A stretch of DNA of 32,000 nucleotides from Patescibacteria group bacterium (GCA_030549845.1 JAUQQN010000002.1:92475-124474); one strand, 5' to 3'; positions 18,930-29,123 are shown, counted from the stretch's first letter. Numbers and translations: made by a program. The notes: generated by a model not told the origin, from the letters alone.

Positions 18930-19892
18930 TTAATAACCATAGAAAACCACTTCCGGAATTAAAGCATATGCATTTGTTGTATTAGGTACCACCCTAATCC
19001 TAATTTCACCTGTTGTCTTTCCAATAGGAACGTTAACTATTCCATTTGAAGCCGTGGTTGAAGCTACTTCAATAAATTGAGAAGTAGAACTACTCCAATA
19101 AAGTATAGAAATCCTCGTATTACCTATCAAATTACCTCCATTTAGATACAATATTCCATAATCAACATATCTAGGAACAGACATAGAAAAAATTATAAAA
19201 TAATCTTCTAATTTTGAGGTAGTAGATGGATGATCACCAATTAAAACTGAGGGAGATAAAAGTCCATCATGTAATAAGGGGGCTTCACAGTTTGCAAGTG
19301 ATGGAGAAGGTGTAGCTGCTGCATAAGTAATATTTTTAAAGCTTAATAAATTTAAATTCTCTAGATATGCAAAATTTAAATTTGTAGAATATACAATGGG
19401 AACAACGAGACACTCATATAAAGTATCGTTCCCATTTGCGATATAATATTTACCTTCTAAGTCTATGATATTAGATAGGTTTATTTGAACTTCTTTTATA
19501 ACACCTGCTTCTCTTTTCGCTATCCATTTAAATATCCATTGTATAGGGAAAATCAGATCTCTAAAACCAAAATAGCCTTCGTAAATTATAGGAAGCACTT
19601 GTTCACCATATATTGTTATTGTATAAGGTGCTTTAAAGAATGGTATCAAATTTTCACCACCAAAATAAGGAACTGAAATTTCTGATTGTGGTGGGATGTT
19701 TATCGTATTTAATTTGTAAAGCCCGTATTCTAATGAAGAAATAACAGAAGAAAACCAATCGCCTCCTCTTTCAATCAAGCGACTTAAAGAAGTAATTTTT
19801 GAAGACATTAAACTTATACCTATTATTGTTGAAACTGCTAACACCAACAAAACAAGTAGAGTTATTAAAAGAATTTGGGCCTTTTTATTCAT
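18930..19892 (-). CDS. PilX-like / minor-pilin-like protein with a large C-terminal domain
   Basis: N-terminus 'MNKKAQILLITLLVLLVLAV' resembles PilX_N-type anchors but lacks Glu5. Its start overlaps the preceding pilin-like gene by 8 nt. Confidence 0.55.
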   Translation of the reverse strand: MNKKAQILLITLLVLLVLAVSTIIGISLMSSKITSLSRLIERGGDWFSSVISSLEYGLYKLNTINIPPQSEISVPYFGGENLIPFFKAPYTITIYGEQVLPIIYEGYFGFRDLIFPIQWIFKWIAKREAGVIKEVQINLSNIIDLEGKYYIANGNDTLYECLVVPIVYSTNLNFAYLENLNLLSFKNITYAAATPSPSLANCEAPLLHDGLLSPSVLIGDHPSTTSKLEDYFIIFSMSVPRYVDYGILYLNGGNLIGNTRISILYWSSSTSQFIEVASTTASNGIVNVPIGKTTGEIRIRVVPNTTNAYALIPEVVFYGY

Positions 19893-20349
19893 TAAAACTT
19901 AATTTATAAATTACTGATGTTGCTGAAAGGTTTTGATCTCCTTTCAAATTAGAAACATTTATAAAAACTTTTACATAAGGGCCTGATGTGCTTACTAGAA
20001 AATCCATAAGCTTTATATTAGAGCTTGTATACCTATCTGTTCCGCTTGCATTTTCTATATACAAACTACTACCTGAAGCAAATAACTTTTCATAAGAATT
20101 ATTAAACTCAAAACTTACCGAAGAGGTGGTTGTTTGGATGTTTTTTGCTTCTATACTATTATAATAAATTTTGTGTAAGATTTTAAACATCTCGTTTGAT
20201 AGGGTTACTTTATCAAAATAAAACGAAGTATAGTAAATTATACCATATATTATCCCAAGAATCAATATAAAACTAATAGCAGCAATTCCAATATAAACTA
20301 AAAGTTCAACCAACGTAAATCCTTTGTTATGGTAAATAAACTTCTCCAT
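19885..20349 (-). CDS. Type IV pilin-like protein (prepilin-type N-terminal cleavage/methylation motif)
   Basis: Canonical 'HNKG|FTLVELLVYIGIAAI' leader and hydrophobic helix with Glu at +5. Confidence 0.8.
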   Translation of the reverse strand: MEKFIYHNKGFTLVELLVYIGIAAISFILILGIIYGIIYYTSFYFDKVTLSNEMFKILHKIYYNSIEAKNIQTTTSSVSFEFNNSYEKLFASGSSLYIENASGTDRYTSSNIKLMDFLVSTSGPYVKVFINVSNLKGDQNLSATSVIYKLSFNE

Positions 20350-20887
20350 TTATATTAACGTTTTCTGTTTTGGTGGAATAATAAATTAGAGATGTTGTTG
20401 GAGTAATTACAATTATACTTGAAGTTGCTTCTTTCCATTCATCTTGAAAAATAGCTCTTTCCTTTAAGTTTGTTAGAACAATTAATGATGATTTTAAGGT
20501 GTTTGGAGATTGAACATAAATTCTCAGTAATTTTTGAGAAGGATCTCCTTCCAAGGTCTTATTTTCTACAGTAAACCAGACATAATAATTTTCTAATTTA
20601 TACGGATAAAGTTCTCTTCCTTCTATTATCTCGTAACCTGTTGAAGTAGGTGATAAAAAATAACTTACATTTTCTTCTAATTTATCTAATTGTGAGAAGT
20701 TTTCTCTTGCTATCCCTAATAAGATATAAGAATAATTTGAAGAAAGATTATAAACTACTAATGCTTCTTCAGAAAGCTTTAAAGATTTTGAAACTATAGT
20801 AAACAGCGCAAAAATCAAAATAGCGACCAAAATAAATACAGAAAGTCCTACTATTACTTCTACTAATATTTGGGATTTAAATTTCAT
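20327..20887 (-). CDS. Pseudopilin-like protein with a non-canonical leader
   Basis: 'MKFKS|QILVEVIVGLSVFILV' has the pilin-type helix with Glu at +5 but Ser instead of Gly at -1. It starts 7 nt after the fusA stop. Confidence 0.55.
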   Translation of the reverse strand: MKFKSQILVEVIVGLSVFILVAILIFALFTIVSKSLKLSEEALVVYNLSSNYSYILLGIARENFSQLDKLEENVSYFLSPTSTGYEIIEGRELYPYKLENYYVWFTVENKTLEGDPSQKLLRIYVQSPNTLKSSLIVLTNLKERAIFQDEWKEATSSIIVITPTTSLIYYSTKTENVNINGEVYLP

Positions 20888-20894
20888 AAAAAAT

Positions 20895-23027
20895 TTATTT
20901 ATGTTTCAAACTTTGTCTATTGTTTATAATAACATCAAAAAGATATTGCGGTACTTCTTGATAATGCGAAAATTCCATATAGCTAAATCCTCTTCCTTGA
21001 GTTAAAGATCTTAAAACGGTAACATAGCCAAACATTTCAGCAAGTGGGACTTTTGCATTTATTTTTTTCATTTCTCCTTGATCCTCCACTAATTCTATTT
21101 TAGCCCTTCTTGAAGAAAGATCTCCAATTACATCACCTAAAAATTCAGACGGAACTATTACTTCTAATTTCATTATTGGCTCTAAAAATATAGGATTGCC
21201 CTTTTTTATGGCATCCTTAAAAGCAATTTCTGCTGCTATTTTAAAAGCTAAATCAGATGAGTCAACTTCATGAAAAGAGCCATCAAATAATGTAACCCTT
21301 ACATCCCTTACCGGATAGCCAGCAATTACACCTTTTTCCATGGCTTCTTTTATTCCTTTTTCAACAGCAGGGATAAAGTTGTCAGGTATAACGCCGCCTT
21401 TAATAGCATTTACAAATTCAAATCCTTTACCTCTTTCTAATGGTTCGACTCTTATAACTACATGTCCGTATTGCCCTCTACCTCCGCTTTGCCTAATATA
21501 TTTTCCTTCAGCTTCAACTGTTTTGGTTATAGTTTCATGATAAGCAACCTGCGGAACACCAACGTTTGTTTCAACCTTAAATTCTCTTTTTAGTCTATCC
21601 ACCATAATTTCTAAATGAAGCTCTCCCATACCTCCTATTAAAGTATCACCTGTTTCTTGGTCTACTTTTATTTTAAAAGTAGGATCTTCATCAGATAAAG
21701 CTTTCAAGTATATACCCATTTTTTCTTGGTCTTGTTTTGTTTTTGGTTCTATTTTCATCCATATCACAGGTTCAGCGAATTGTATTGCTTCTAACCTAAT
21801 AGGATGCTTCGGATCGCAAATTGTATCTCCTGTTTTAAGTTCTTTAACCCCAACTAGTGCACCAATGTCTCCAGCAAATAATTCCTCTATTTCTTCTCTA
21901 TGATTCGCGTGCATTCTAACTATTCTTCCAGCTCTAAATGTTTCTCCAGTTCTTGTGTTTAATATAGTGTCACCTCTCTTTAAAACTCCTGAATATACTC
22001 TTATATATGTTAGCGAACCAACAAATGGGTCGACAGCAAGCTTAAACGCTAAGGCGCAAAATGGTTCGTTATCATCTGATTTTCTGTATATTTCAGCACC
22101 AGTATCAGGATGCCAACCTCTTACAGGTGGCAAATCAACAGGAGAAGGCAAAAAGTCAATTACCCCATCTAAAATTAATTGAACACCTTTATTTTTCAAA
22201 GCTGAACCTGCATAAACTGGTATAAAAGTATAGTTTATACAAGCCCTTCTAATTGCTTCTCTTATTTCATCTTCATTAAATTCTCCCTTAAAGTATTTTT
22301 CCATAAATATCTCATCTGATTCTGCTAATTTTTCTAACATCATATTTCTATATTTTTCAGCATATTCTTTTAGTTCATTTGGTATCTCTTCCACTTTTAA
22401 AATTTCTCCTTTGTCTCCTTCAAAGTAAACGGCTTTCATTCTTATTAGATCTATAACTCCCTTGAAAGCTTCTTCTATTCCTATAGGGATAGTAACAGGT
22501 ACAGCATTTTTTGTAAGCCTTTGATGAATAGATTGTAAAGATTTTTCAAAGTTTGCACCTAATCTATCTAATTTATTTATAAAGCATAACCTAGGCACCT
22601 TATACTTATCTGCTTGATGCCAAACAGTTTCGGATTGAGCTTCAACTCCTTGTACCCCATCAAATATAACTATTGCTCCATCTAAAACACGTAAAGAGCG
22701 CTCAACTTCAGCAGTGAAATCTACATGGCCTGGGGTATCAATTATGTTTATTTTATATTCCCCTTTTATTCTTTCTTCTTTTGTAGTTGCTTGTTTTTTA
22801 TAACTTTGAGTCCAAAAACATGTAACAGCAGCAGCAGTGATAGTTATACCTCTTTCTCTTTCTTGTGGCATCCAATCAGTAACAGTTGTACCTTCATGCA
22901 CTTCACCAATTTTGTGAGACATTCCAGTGTAATACAAAATTCTTTCAGTGGTTGTTGTTTTACCAGCATCAATATGAGCTATTATTCCTATATTTCTTGT
23001 CTTTTCAATTGAATAAATCCTTGGCAT
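20895..23027 (-). CDS. fusA: Elongation factor G
   Basis: '[20 protein letters not shown]', '[13 protein letters not shown]', '[11 protein letters not shown]', 'NKLDR', and full-length domains II-V. Confidence 0.97.
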   Translation of the reverse strand: MPRIYSIEKTRNIGIIAHIDAGKTTTTERILYYTGMSHKIGEVHEGTTVTDWMPQERERGITITAAAVTCFWTQSYKKQATTKEERIKGEYKINIIDTPGHVDFTAEVERSLRVLDGAIVIFDGVQGVEAQSETVWHQADKYKVPRLCFINKLDRLGANFEKSLQSIHQRLTKNAVPVTIPIGIEEAFKGVIDLIRMKAVYFEGDKGEILKVEEIPNELKEYAEKYRNMMLEKLAESDEIFMEKYFKGEFNEDEIREAIRRACINYTFIPVYAGSALKNKGVQLILDGVIDFLPSPVDLPPVRGWHPDTGAEIYRKSDDNEPFCALAFKLAVDPFVGSLTYIRVYSGVLKRGDTILNTRTGETFRAGRIVRMHANHREEIEELFAGDIGALVGVKELKTGDTICDPKHPIRLEAIQFAEPVIWMKIEPKTKQDQEKMGIYLKALSDEDPTFKIKVDQETGDTLIGGMGELHLEIMVDRLKREFKVETNVGVPQVAYHETITKTVEAEGKYIRQSGGRGQYGHVVIRVEPLERGKGFEFVNAIKGGVIPDNFIPAVEKGIKEAMEKGVIAGYPVRDVRVTLFDGSFHEVDSSDLAFKIAAEIAFKDAIKKGNPIFLEPIMKLEVIVPSEFLGDVIGDLSSRRAKIELVEDQGEMKKINAKVPLAEMFGYVTVLRSLTQGRGFSYMEFSHYQEVPQYLFDVIINNRQSLKHK

Positions 23028-23054
23028 TTTAATAGATTATAGAATAGAAATTAA

Positions 23055-23546
23055 TTATTTTTTCTTTTTACGCCCCCACCAAGCAAAGTGGGCAAAAGCT
23101 CTGTTAATTTCTGCTAGTTTGTGCATTTCATTTTTCTTTCTTACTGCTTCTCCTTCATTATTTGCGGCTGCTATTATTTCTTCTGCTAATTTTATATACA
23201 TGGGTTTCCCCTTTTTGTTTCTCGCAGCTTCTATTATCCATTTTACAGCTTTGGAAAACCTTCTTTCAGCTCGAACAACTCTTGGAACTAAATAAGTAGC
23301 TCCTGCAATTCTACGAGGCCAAACTTCTAAAAGTGGAGCTACGTTTTTTAATGCTTGCTGAAACATTTTAAATGGATCTTGTCCTGTTTTTTCCTTTATA
23401 TAATCCATTGCAGAATAGAAAATTTTTTGAGCCTTAGTTTTTTTACCATCTTTCATAAGATTATTAATAAATCTAGTAACAGCAATTGAATTATAAACAG
23501 GATCAGGTAGCCATTTTCTTTCAATTTGCACTGGTCTTCTTGCCAT
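23055..23546 (-). CDS. rpsG: 30S ribosomal protein S7
   Basis: 'MARRP...LPDPVYNS..VTRFINNLMKDGKK', and its position between rpsL and fusA. Confidence 0.97.
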   Translation of the reverse strand: MARRPVQIERKWLPDPVYNSIAVTRFINNLMKDGKKTKAQKIFYSAMDYIKEKTGQDPFKMFQQALKNVAPLLEVWPRRIAGATYLVPRVVRAERRFSKAVKWIIEAARNKKGKPMYIKLAEEIIAAANNEGEAVRKKNEMHKLAEINRAFAHFAWWGRKKKK

Positions 23547-23956
23547 TATTTTTCTTTCTTAACTCCATATAATGAACGACCTTGCTTTCTTCCTTCAACC
23601 GGAGCTGCATCATAGACACCTCTTACAATATGATATCTAACGCCTGGTAAGTCTTTAACCCTACCTCCTCTTACTAAAACAATTGAGTGTTCTTGAAGGT
23701 TGTGGCCTATTCCTGGAATATAGGCAGTTACTTCTTTGCCATTGCTTAATCTAACTTTTGCTACTTTTCTTAAAGCAGAATTAGGTTTTTTAGGAGTCAT
23801 TGTATAAACCCTAACACACACTCCTCTTTTAAAAGGAGCTGGTAAATAAATTTCTTTCTTCTTCAACGAATTATAATGCCACAAAAGAGCAGTGGCTCTC
23901 TTTTTTTCTTTTCTTTTTTCTCTGCCTTTTCTTATGAGTTGATTTATTGTTGGCAT
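23546..23956 (-). CDS. rpsL: 30S ribosomal protein S12
   Basis: '[12 protein letters not shown]', '[17 protein letters not shown]', '[30 protein letters not shown]'. Its stop overlaps the rpsG start (TAATG). Confidence 0.97.
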   Translation of the reverse strand: MPTINQLIRKGREKRKEKKRATALLWHYNSLKKKEIYLPAPFKRGVCVRVYTMTPKKPNSALRKVAKVRLSNGKEVTAYIPGIGHNLQEHSIVLVRGGRVKDLPGVRYHIVRGVYDAAPVEGRKQGRSLYGVKKEK

Positions 23957-23986
23957 TTTATTTAAGCTAATAATAAAATAGCTATC

Positions 23987-24058
23987 TGCCTGGGGAGGGA
24001 ATCGAACCCCCGACGCCGGGCTCTTCAGGCCCGCGCTCTACCACTGAGCTACCCAGGC
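23987..24058 (-). tRNA. tRNA-Phe (anticodon GAA)
   Basis: Reverse complement GCCUGGG-UA-GCUCAGUGGUAGAGC-G-CGGGC-CUGAAGA-GCCCG-GCGUC-GGGGG-UUCGAUU-CCCUC-CCCAGGC-A. CCA is not encoded. Confidence 0.93.
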
Positions 24059-24095
24059 TTTTAGTATCTTTTAAAAGTTTATTAATCTTATTATA

Positions 24096-25553
24096 TCAAA
24101 TTTCTTTTTCTTTTACAAATGGGAAGTAAATTACATCTTTTAAGCTTTTAGAATTTGTTAAAATCATAACTAACCTATCTATTCCTATACCTAAACCTGC
24201 GGTAGGAGGCATTCCATATTCAAGCGCTTCTATGAACGTTTCATCATAAGGATGAGCTTCTTCATCTCCTTTTTTAATCTGTTCTGCTTCTTGAAGAAAC
24301 CTTTCTTTTTGATCAATAGGATCATTTAATTCTGCAAACGCATTAATTATTTCTAAACCACCAACATAACCCTGGAATCTTAAGGTAAGTTCAGGATTTT
24401 TTGGGTTTCTTTTGGCAAGTGGAGAAATTTCTAATGGGTGGTCTATTAAAAATGTTGGTTGAATCAAATTAGAACGTATCATCTTTTTAAATATTTCATC
24501 AACTATTTTACCTTTTGTTATTACCTTGGGATTAAATTCGATATTATTTTTTTCAGCAAAATTTATAAAATCTTCTAAGGGATTTTTAAAGTAATCCAAG
24601 CCTGTGTATTTTTTTATTATGTCAACATATTTCAGCCTTTTCCATTTATTTTTAAAGTTTATTTTTTTGCCTTGGTACTCAATTGTGTAAATATCTTTCT
24701 TCTTAAAATACTTATTAAATTTAACAACTAACTCCTTAAGTAAATCCTCAACGAATTTCATTAGCTTTTCCCTATCGCAATAAGCATAATAAAGTTCCAT
24801 CATGGTAAATTCAGGATTGTGTTCTCTATCTATTCCTTCATTTCTAAAATTTTTACCAATTTCAAATATTTTCTCAAATCCACCTACGATCATTTTTTTT
24901 AGGTATAATTCAGGGGCTATTCTTAAATAAAGAGGTATATCCAGAGCCTCTAAATATGTCCTAAAAGGCTTTGCTAAAGCACCACCATAGTGAGTTTGTA
25001 AAATAGGAGTTTCTACTTCTACAAATCCTTTATCCCATAAAATTTCCCTTAAAAATCTGATTATCAAAAACCGCTTATCGAATGTTTCTTTATATTCTTT
25101 ATAAAAAACAGTTTTTAAATAAGGACATCTTACCAAGAGTTCTTCGTCTTTAACTTTATAATACTCTTTCGGAAAATTTTTAAGAATTTTAGCAAGTAAA
25201 ACAAATTTTTTGGTTAAAATGCTTTTCTCTTTAGTAGCAGGCAAAAAGGCTTCACCAAATATATTTACAAAATCACCTATATTAAAAATTTCTTTAAATA
25301 ATTTGAAATCTTTTGTAAAGTCACTTTTTAAAATGCATTGAATTTTATTTGATTCATCCTTTAAATCTATAAATATAATATTGCCATGATCTCTTATTGC
25401 CATAATTCTTCCTGCAACCCAAAACCTTTTTTTGTTTTTCAAAAATTTGTTGAAATTTTTTAAAACCTCATTAATTATAAAATCTCTTTTACAATAAGCT
25501 GGATAAGGATCTATTTTTAAAGATTTTATCTTTTTAATTATTTCTTCATCCAT
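24096..25553 (-). CDS. lysS: Lysine--tRNA ligase (class II)
   Basis: OB-fold N-domain, 'FRNEGIDREHNPEFTMMELY' (motif 2) and 'GLGIGIDRLVMIL' (motif 3). Confidence 0.95.
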   Translation of the reverse strand: MDEEIIKKIKSLKIDPYPAYCKRDFIINEVLKNFNKFLKNKKRFWVAGRIMAIRDHGNIIFIDLKDESNKIQCILKSDFTKDFKLFKEIFNIGDFVNIFGEAFLPATKEKSILTKKFVLLAKILKNFPKEYYKVKDEELLVRCPYLKTVFYKEYKETFDKRFLIIRFLREILWDKGFVEVETPILQTHYGGALAKPFRTYLEALDIPLYLRIAPELYLKKMIVGGFEKIFEIGKNFRNEGIDREHNPEFTMMELYYAYCDREKLMKFVEDLLKELVVKFNKYFKKKDIYTIEYQGKKINFKNKWKRLKYVDIIKKYTGLDYFKNPLEDFINFAEKNNIEFNPKVITKGKIVDEIFKKMIRSNLIQPTFLIDHPLEISPLAKRNPKNPELTLRFQGYVGGLEIINAFAELNDPIDQKERFLQEAEQIKKGDEEAHPYDETFIEALEYGMPPTAGLGIGIDRLVMILTNSKSLKDVIYFPFVKEKEI

Positions 25554-25573
25554 TTTTAAAAATTATATCATTC

Positions 25574-26812
25574 TTAAAATCCTCCTCTTCCTCTTGTACC
25601 TTGTTCTAATTGTGTAGATATTTGTTGATAAACTGGCACTATAATGGACACTGCAACTAAGCCTACAATTATTCCCACGAAAATTATTAATATAGGCTCT
25701 AGTAAAGTAAGCAAATTTTTTATTGCATACCTAACTTCATCTTCATAAAATTCTTCCATTAATCCTAAAACAGAAGAAAGGTTTCCAGTTTCATAACCAA
25801 TACTTAAAAGCCCTGCTAAAATTTCTGGGAAAACCCTTTCTCTTTGAATTAAATCAGAAAAATTACCACCTCCTTGTATTCCTTTGTATATATTTTCAAG
25901 AGCAATTTTTAAATTTGGGTGATTTAAAACAGTACTTGTAAGAAGTAAAGCTTGTGATACATTTATTCCGCTATCGATTAAAGATTTCATCAAAAAACAA
26001 AAACTTCTTAAATTCATATTTATTATTAGATTTTTTAAAATCGGGAGTTTTAAAGAAATTTTTAATAAGAGAGCCCTTCCATATTTTGTAAGAAAAAAGA
26101 AAAGGATTATTAAAATTAGAAATAGCAATGAACTCATAACAATTTTTAAATGAGCTCCTATCCAAACTCCTGCATTTAGAATAATTTTGGAAAACATCGG
26201 AAGTTCTGTTCTCATTTCTTTTACTAATTCTGCTATTTTAGGTAATACTACTGTAGTAACTAAAATTACAACACCAAAAGCAGCAACTAAAATTATCATA
26301 GGATAAATCAAAGAAGATATTATCTCGGATCTAATATTTTTTTCTTTTTCTAAATCTTGGGCTAATTTATCAAAAGTTTTAGAAAGAGTACCTGATGTCT
26401 CGCCTATTTTTATAAGTTCAACTTCGACTGGTGAAAAACTATGCTTAAACAATTCAAATGTACTATAAAATGGAGCCCCTTTTTCAATGTTAAACATGAG
26501 TAATAGAAAAAAATCTCTTATTTTTCTATTTTTTATGGAATTCACTAGAATTCTTAAAGAATCAGTTAAATTAGCACCAGATTTAAGGATTAAAGATATA
26601 TTTCTTGATATAAAGATTTTGTCTTTTAAAGAAAATTTTTCTAAAAACTTAAAAAGGTTTGTAAAAAAAGTTTCTGTCGATTTTTTAACATCAACAACTG
26701 CAAAACCTATCGAGGTTAGATATTCTAAAACTTCTTTTTCTGAAGAAGCTATTAATTTTCCTTTAAAAATTTGGTTTTTATTGTTTATAACTTTATATTT
26801 GTAAAATTCCAT
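25574..26812 (-). CDS. pilC: Type IV pilus platform protein PilC (GspF/T2SS-F family)
   Basis: Two T2SSF repeats (SLILKSGANLTDSL...; SLIDSGINVSQAL...) and three TM segments. It lies directly downstream of pilB with a 1-nt gap. Confidence 0.9.
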   Translation of the reverse strand: MEFYKYKVINNKNQIFKGKLIASSEKEVLEYLTSIGFAVVDVKKSTETFFTNLFKFLEKFSLKDKIFISRNISLILKSGANLTDSLRILVNSIKNRKIRDFFLLLMFNIEKGAPFYSTFELFKHSFSPVEVELIKIGETSGTLSKTFDKLAQDLEKEKNIRSEIISSLIYPMIILVAAFGVVILVTTVVLPKIAELVKEMRTELPMFSKIILNAGVWIGAHLKIVMSSLLFLILIILFFFLTKYGRALLLKISLKLPILKNLIINMNLRSFCFLMKSLIDSGINVSQALLLTSTVLNHPNLKIALENIYKGIQGGGNFSDLIQRERVFPEILAGLLSIGYETGNLSSVLGLMEEFYEDEVRYAIKNLLTLLEPILIIFVGIIVGLVAVSIIVPVYQQISTQLEQGTRGRGGF

Positions 26813-26813
26813 T

Positions 26814-28520
26814 TTATTCCTTGATAACCCTTAAGACCTCTTCTAATGTTGTTATTCCTGCTATAGCTTTATTTAAACCGTCTTGAAACATTGTTTTAAA
26901 TCCTTTCTTTTTTAAAATATCCTTAAACACAACTAAACTAAAATCTTTTCTAGATAAGTAATCAGCTATTTCATCATCTACAAAAAACATCTCAAAAACT
27001 CCTGTTCTTCCAGAATAACCACTGTTTCCGCAAAATTCGCATCCTCTACCTTTGTATAAATATTTTGGCATTTCAAAATTTTTTAATTCTTCTTCTGTTA
27101 AACCAGAAGCTTTCAATTGTTCTAATATAAGTTGTTTTTGCGCTTCAGTTATTTCTTCAGTATATATGCAGTTAATACAAATTTTTCTTACCAATCTTTG
27201 AGCCATGACTAATGTTAAAGTTGAAGCAACTAAATAAGGTGGCACCCCTAAATCAATTAAACGGGGAACTGTTGTTGGAGCATCATTTGTATGAAGAGTT
27301 GAGAGTATTAGGTGGCCTGTTAAAGCTGCTTGTACTGCAATATCTGCAGTTTCATAATCTCTAATCTCACCAACCATGATAATATCTGGATCTTGTCTCA
27401 AAAAGGCTCTTAACCCTGAAGCAAATGTTAAGTTTACGGCAGGATTAATTTGAACTTGATTTATTCTTTCTAATTCGTATTCTATTGGATCTTCTATTGT
27501 GCTTATATTTACTTCTGGCTTATTTAAAAGTTGTAATATTGTATATAAAGTAGTAGTTTTACCTGAACCAGTAGGTCCTGTAGAAAGTATCATTCCATAA
27601 GTTTTGGACATTGCTTTTTCCATCAATTTCTGAGCTTCTTCATCCATACCAAGTTCTGCTAAAGAAGTTGGCCTAAAATGAGAAGCTAATAATCTTAAAA
27701 CTGCTTTTTCTCCATACATTGTAGGAACAATAGAAACTCTAATATCAAATTCAAAATCTCCTAATTTAGTCTTAAATCTTCCATCTTGAGGCCTGAAATG
27801 TTCATCTAATTGAAGTTTGGAAAGTACTTTGATTCTAGCAATTATTGATGGATGCATATCCTTTGGAAGCCTCATAATTTCTCTTAATATTCCATCAACC
27901 CTGAATCTTATTAAACTATAATCACTAAAAACCTCTATATGAATATCCGAAGCATTTAAACCCATAGCATAGTTTAGCAAGTTATCTACTAACCGTGTAG
28001 CAGACATAATTCTTTCTTCTTCAGAAGCGAATACCCTTAGAGTTTGAGAGACTTCTTGATTTAAAAGTTCTTGATATTTTTCTCGATAAAGAGCTTGATA
28101 GTTTACTAAAGCTTTCTGCACTTCATCTTCCATTGCAAACATAGGAATTATTCTTTTATTAGTAATATTAAAAAGCAAAGAGATTGTCTCTTGGTCTCTT
28201 GGATTTGCCATAGCTACATATAAATTACCCTCTTCTTCTTTTATAGGAATTAGCTTTTTTGTGATAGCAATTTGCTCTGGAACATACTTCAAAATATTTG
28301 CAGGAATAGATACTCCTTTTAAATTTGCTCTTTCTACTCCTAAATATTCACTTATCAATAAAGCTAAATAGTCTTTGTCTATAAACCTTCTATTTATTAA
28401 AAGGGTTATCACAGAAATATTCAGTTTTTTAGCTTCGTTTTCTACTTCTTCCCAGGTAGATTCATCTAATATGTTTTTAGAAAGCAATATGCTTTTTAGT
28501 TCTTCGTTTGTAATTATCAT
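26814..28520 (-). CDS. pilB: Type IV pilus assembly ATPase PilB (GspE family)
   Basis: T2SSE_N domain, Walker A 'GPTGSGKTTT', 'MVGEIRD', 'TGHLILSTLHTND', and the tetra-Cys 'CINC...CEFC'. Confidence 0.93.
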   Translation of the reverse strand: MIITNEELKSILLSKNILDESTWEEVENEAKKLNISVITLLINRRFIDKDYLALLISEYLGVERANLKGVSIPANILKYVPEQIAITKKLIPIKEEEGNLYVAMANPRDQETISLLFNITNKRIIPMFAMEDEVQKALVNYQALYREKYQELLNQEVSQTLRVFASEEERIMSATRLVDNLLNYAMGLNASDIHIEVFSDYSLIRFRVDGILREIMRLPKDMHPSIIARIKVLSKLQLDEHFRPQDGRFKTKLGDFEFDIRVSIVPTMYGEKAVLRLLASHFRPTSLAELGMDEEAQKLMEKAMSKTYGMILSTGPTGSGKTTTLYTILQLLNKPEVNISTIEDPIEYELERINQVQINPAVNLTFASGLRAFLRQDPDIIMVGEIRDYETADIAVQAALTGHLILSTLHTNDAPTTVPRLIDLGVPPYLVASTLTLVMAQRLVRKICINCIYTEEITEAQKQLILEQLKASGLTEEELKNFEMPKYLYKGRGCEFCGNSGYSGRTGVFEMFFVDDEIADYLSRKDFSLVVFKDILKKKGFKTMFQDGLNKAIAGITTLEEVLRVIKE

Positions 28521-29122
28521 GGTCTAATTACAAGTAAATGTGGATTTATAAAATCTACATACATATTTAAAATTATAAAAAATAAACATAAAAATACCCA
28601 ATAATCTTTTATAGAAATTTTTTCCAAAACTTTTTCTCTATTTTTAAAAAGATTTACTAAATGCAAAAGAAAAATTAAGAAAAGTCCCATTACAAAAAAT
28701 AAAAAATTGAAAGGAAATTTTAAAAATACAGCAAGAATTGGAATTTTAATGTATTCTTCTGGATAGTATAAGGTTTTTTTAAATAAATTATTTGTAATAA
28801 GAATTACTAAAAAAACAAAAGCTCCGCCTGCTAAGCTCCATAAAAAGTCTTTGTATATATGATGGTAAGTATAAAGAAAAAAATAAGAAATATTAGTATA
28901 AGGAGGAAGCAAATATTTAGAAACTGGATGGTGTAGCCAAATTTGATATTGTATTTTCATTAAAAGCAAGATGGTGACAATGTTAAAGAAAATAAATAGA
29001 AATAACGCTATAAACCAGTTTAAAGGAGGCTTTTTATTGTTTAAAATTAAATATAAAGTTAATATTAAAGCAAAAAACAGGGAGTAATTTTTAATAAAAA
29101 AATTCCAAAATAATTCAACCAT
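28517..29122 (-). CDS. Uncharacterised polytopic membrane protein translationally coupled to pilB
   Basis: About 6 hydrophobic helices. Its stop overlaps the pilB start (ATGA). The ATG at 29122 is preferred because the ORF-track start at 29212 is a TTG running into the divergent pilin gene. No prepilin-peptidase Asp motifs are present. Confidence 0.55.
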   Translation of the reverse strand: MVELFWNFFIKNYSLFFALILTLYLILNNKKPPLNWFIALFLFIFFNIVTILLLMKIQYQIWLHHPVSKYLLPPYTNISYFFLYTYHHIYKDFLWSLAGGAFVFLVILITNNLFKKTLYYPEEYIKIPILAVFLKFPFNFLFFVMGLFLIFLLHLVNLFKNREKVLEKISIKDYWVFLCLFFIILNMYVDFINPHLLVIRP

Positions 29123-29123
29123 T

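Noticed and set aside
28517-29122. Calling the PilB-coupled membrane protein a prepilin peptidase (PilD)
   Set aside because: The genomic position fits, but the two catalytic Asp motifs of A24 peptidases are absent, so it is left as uncharacterised.
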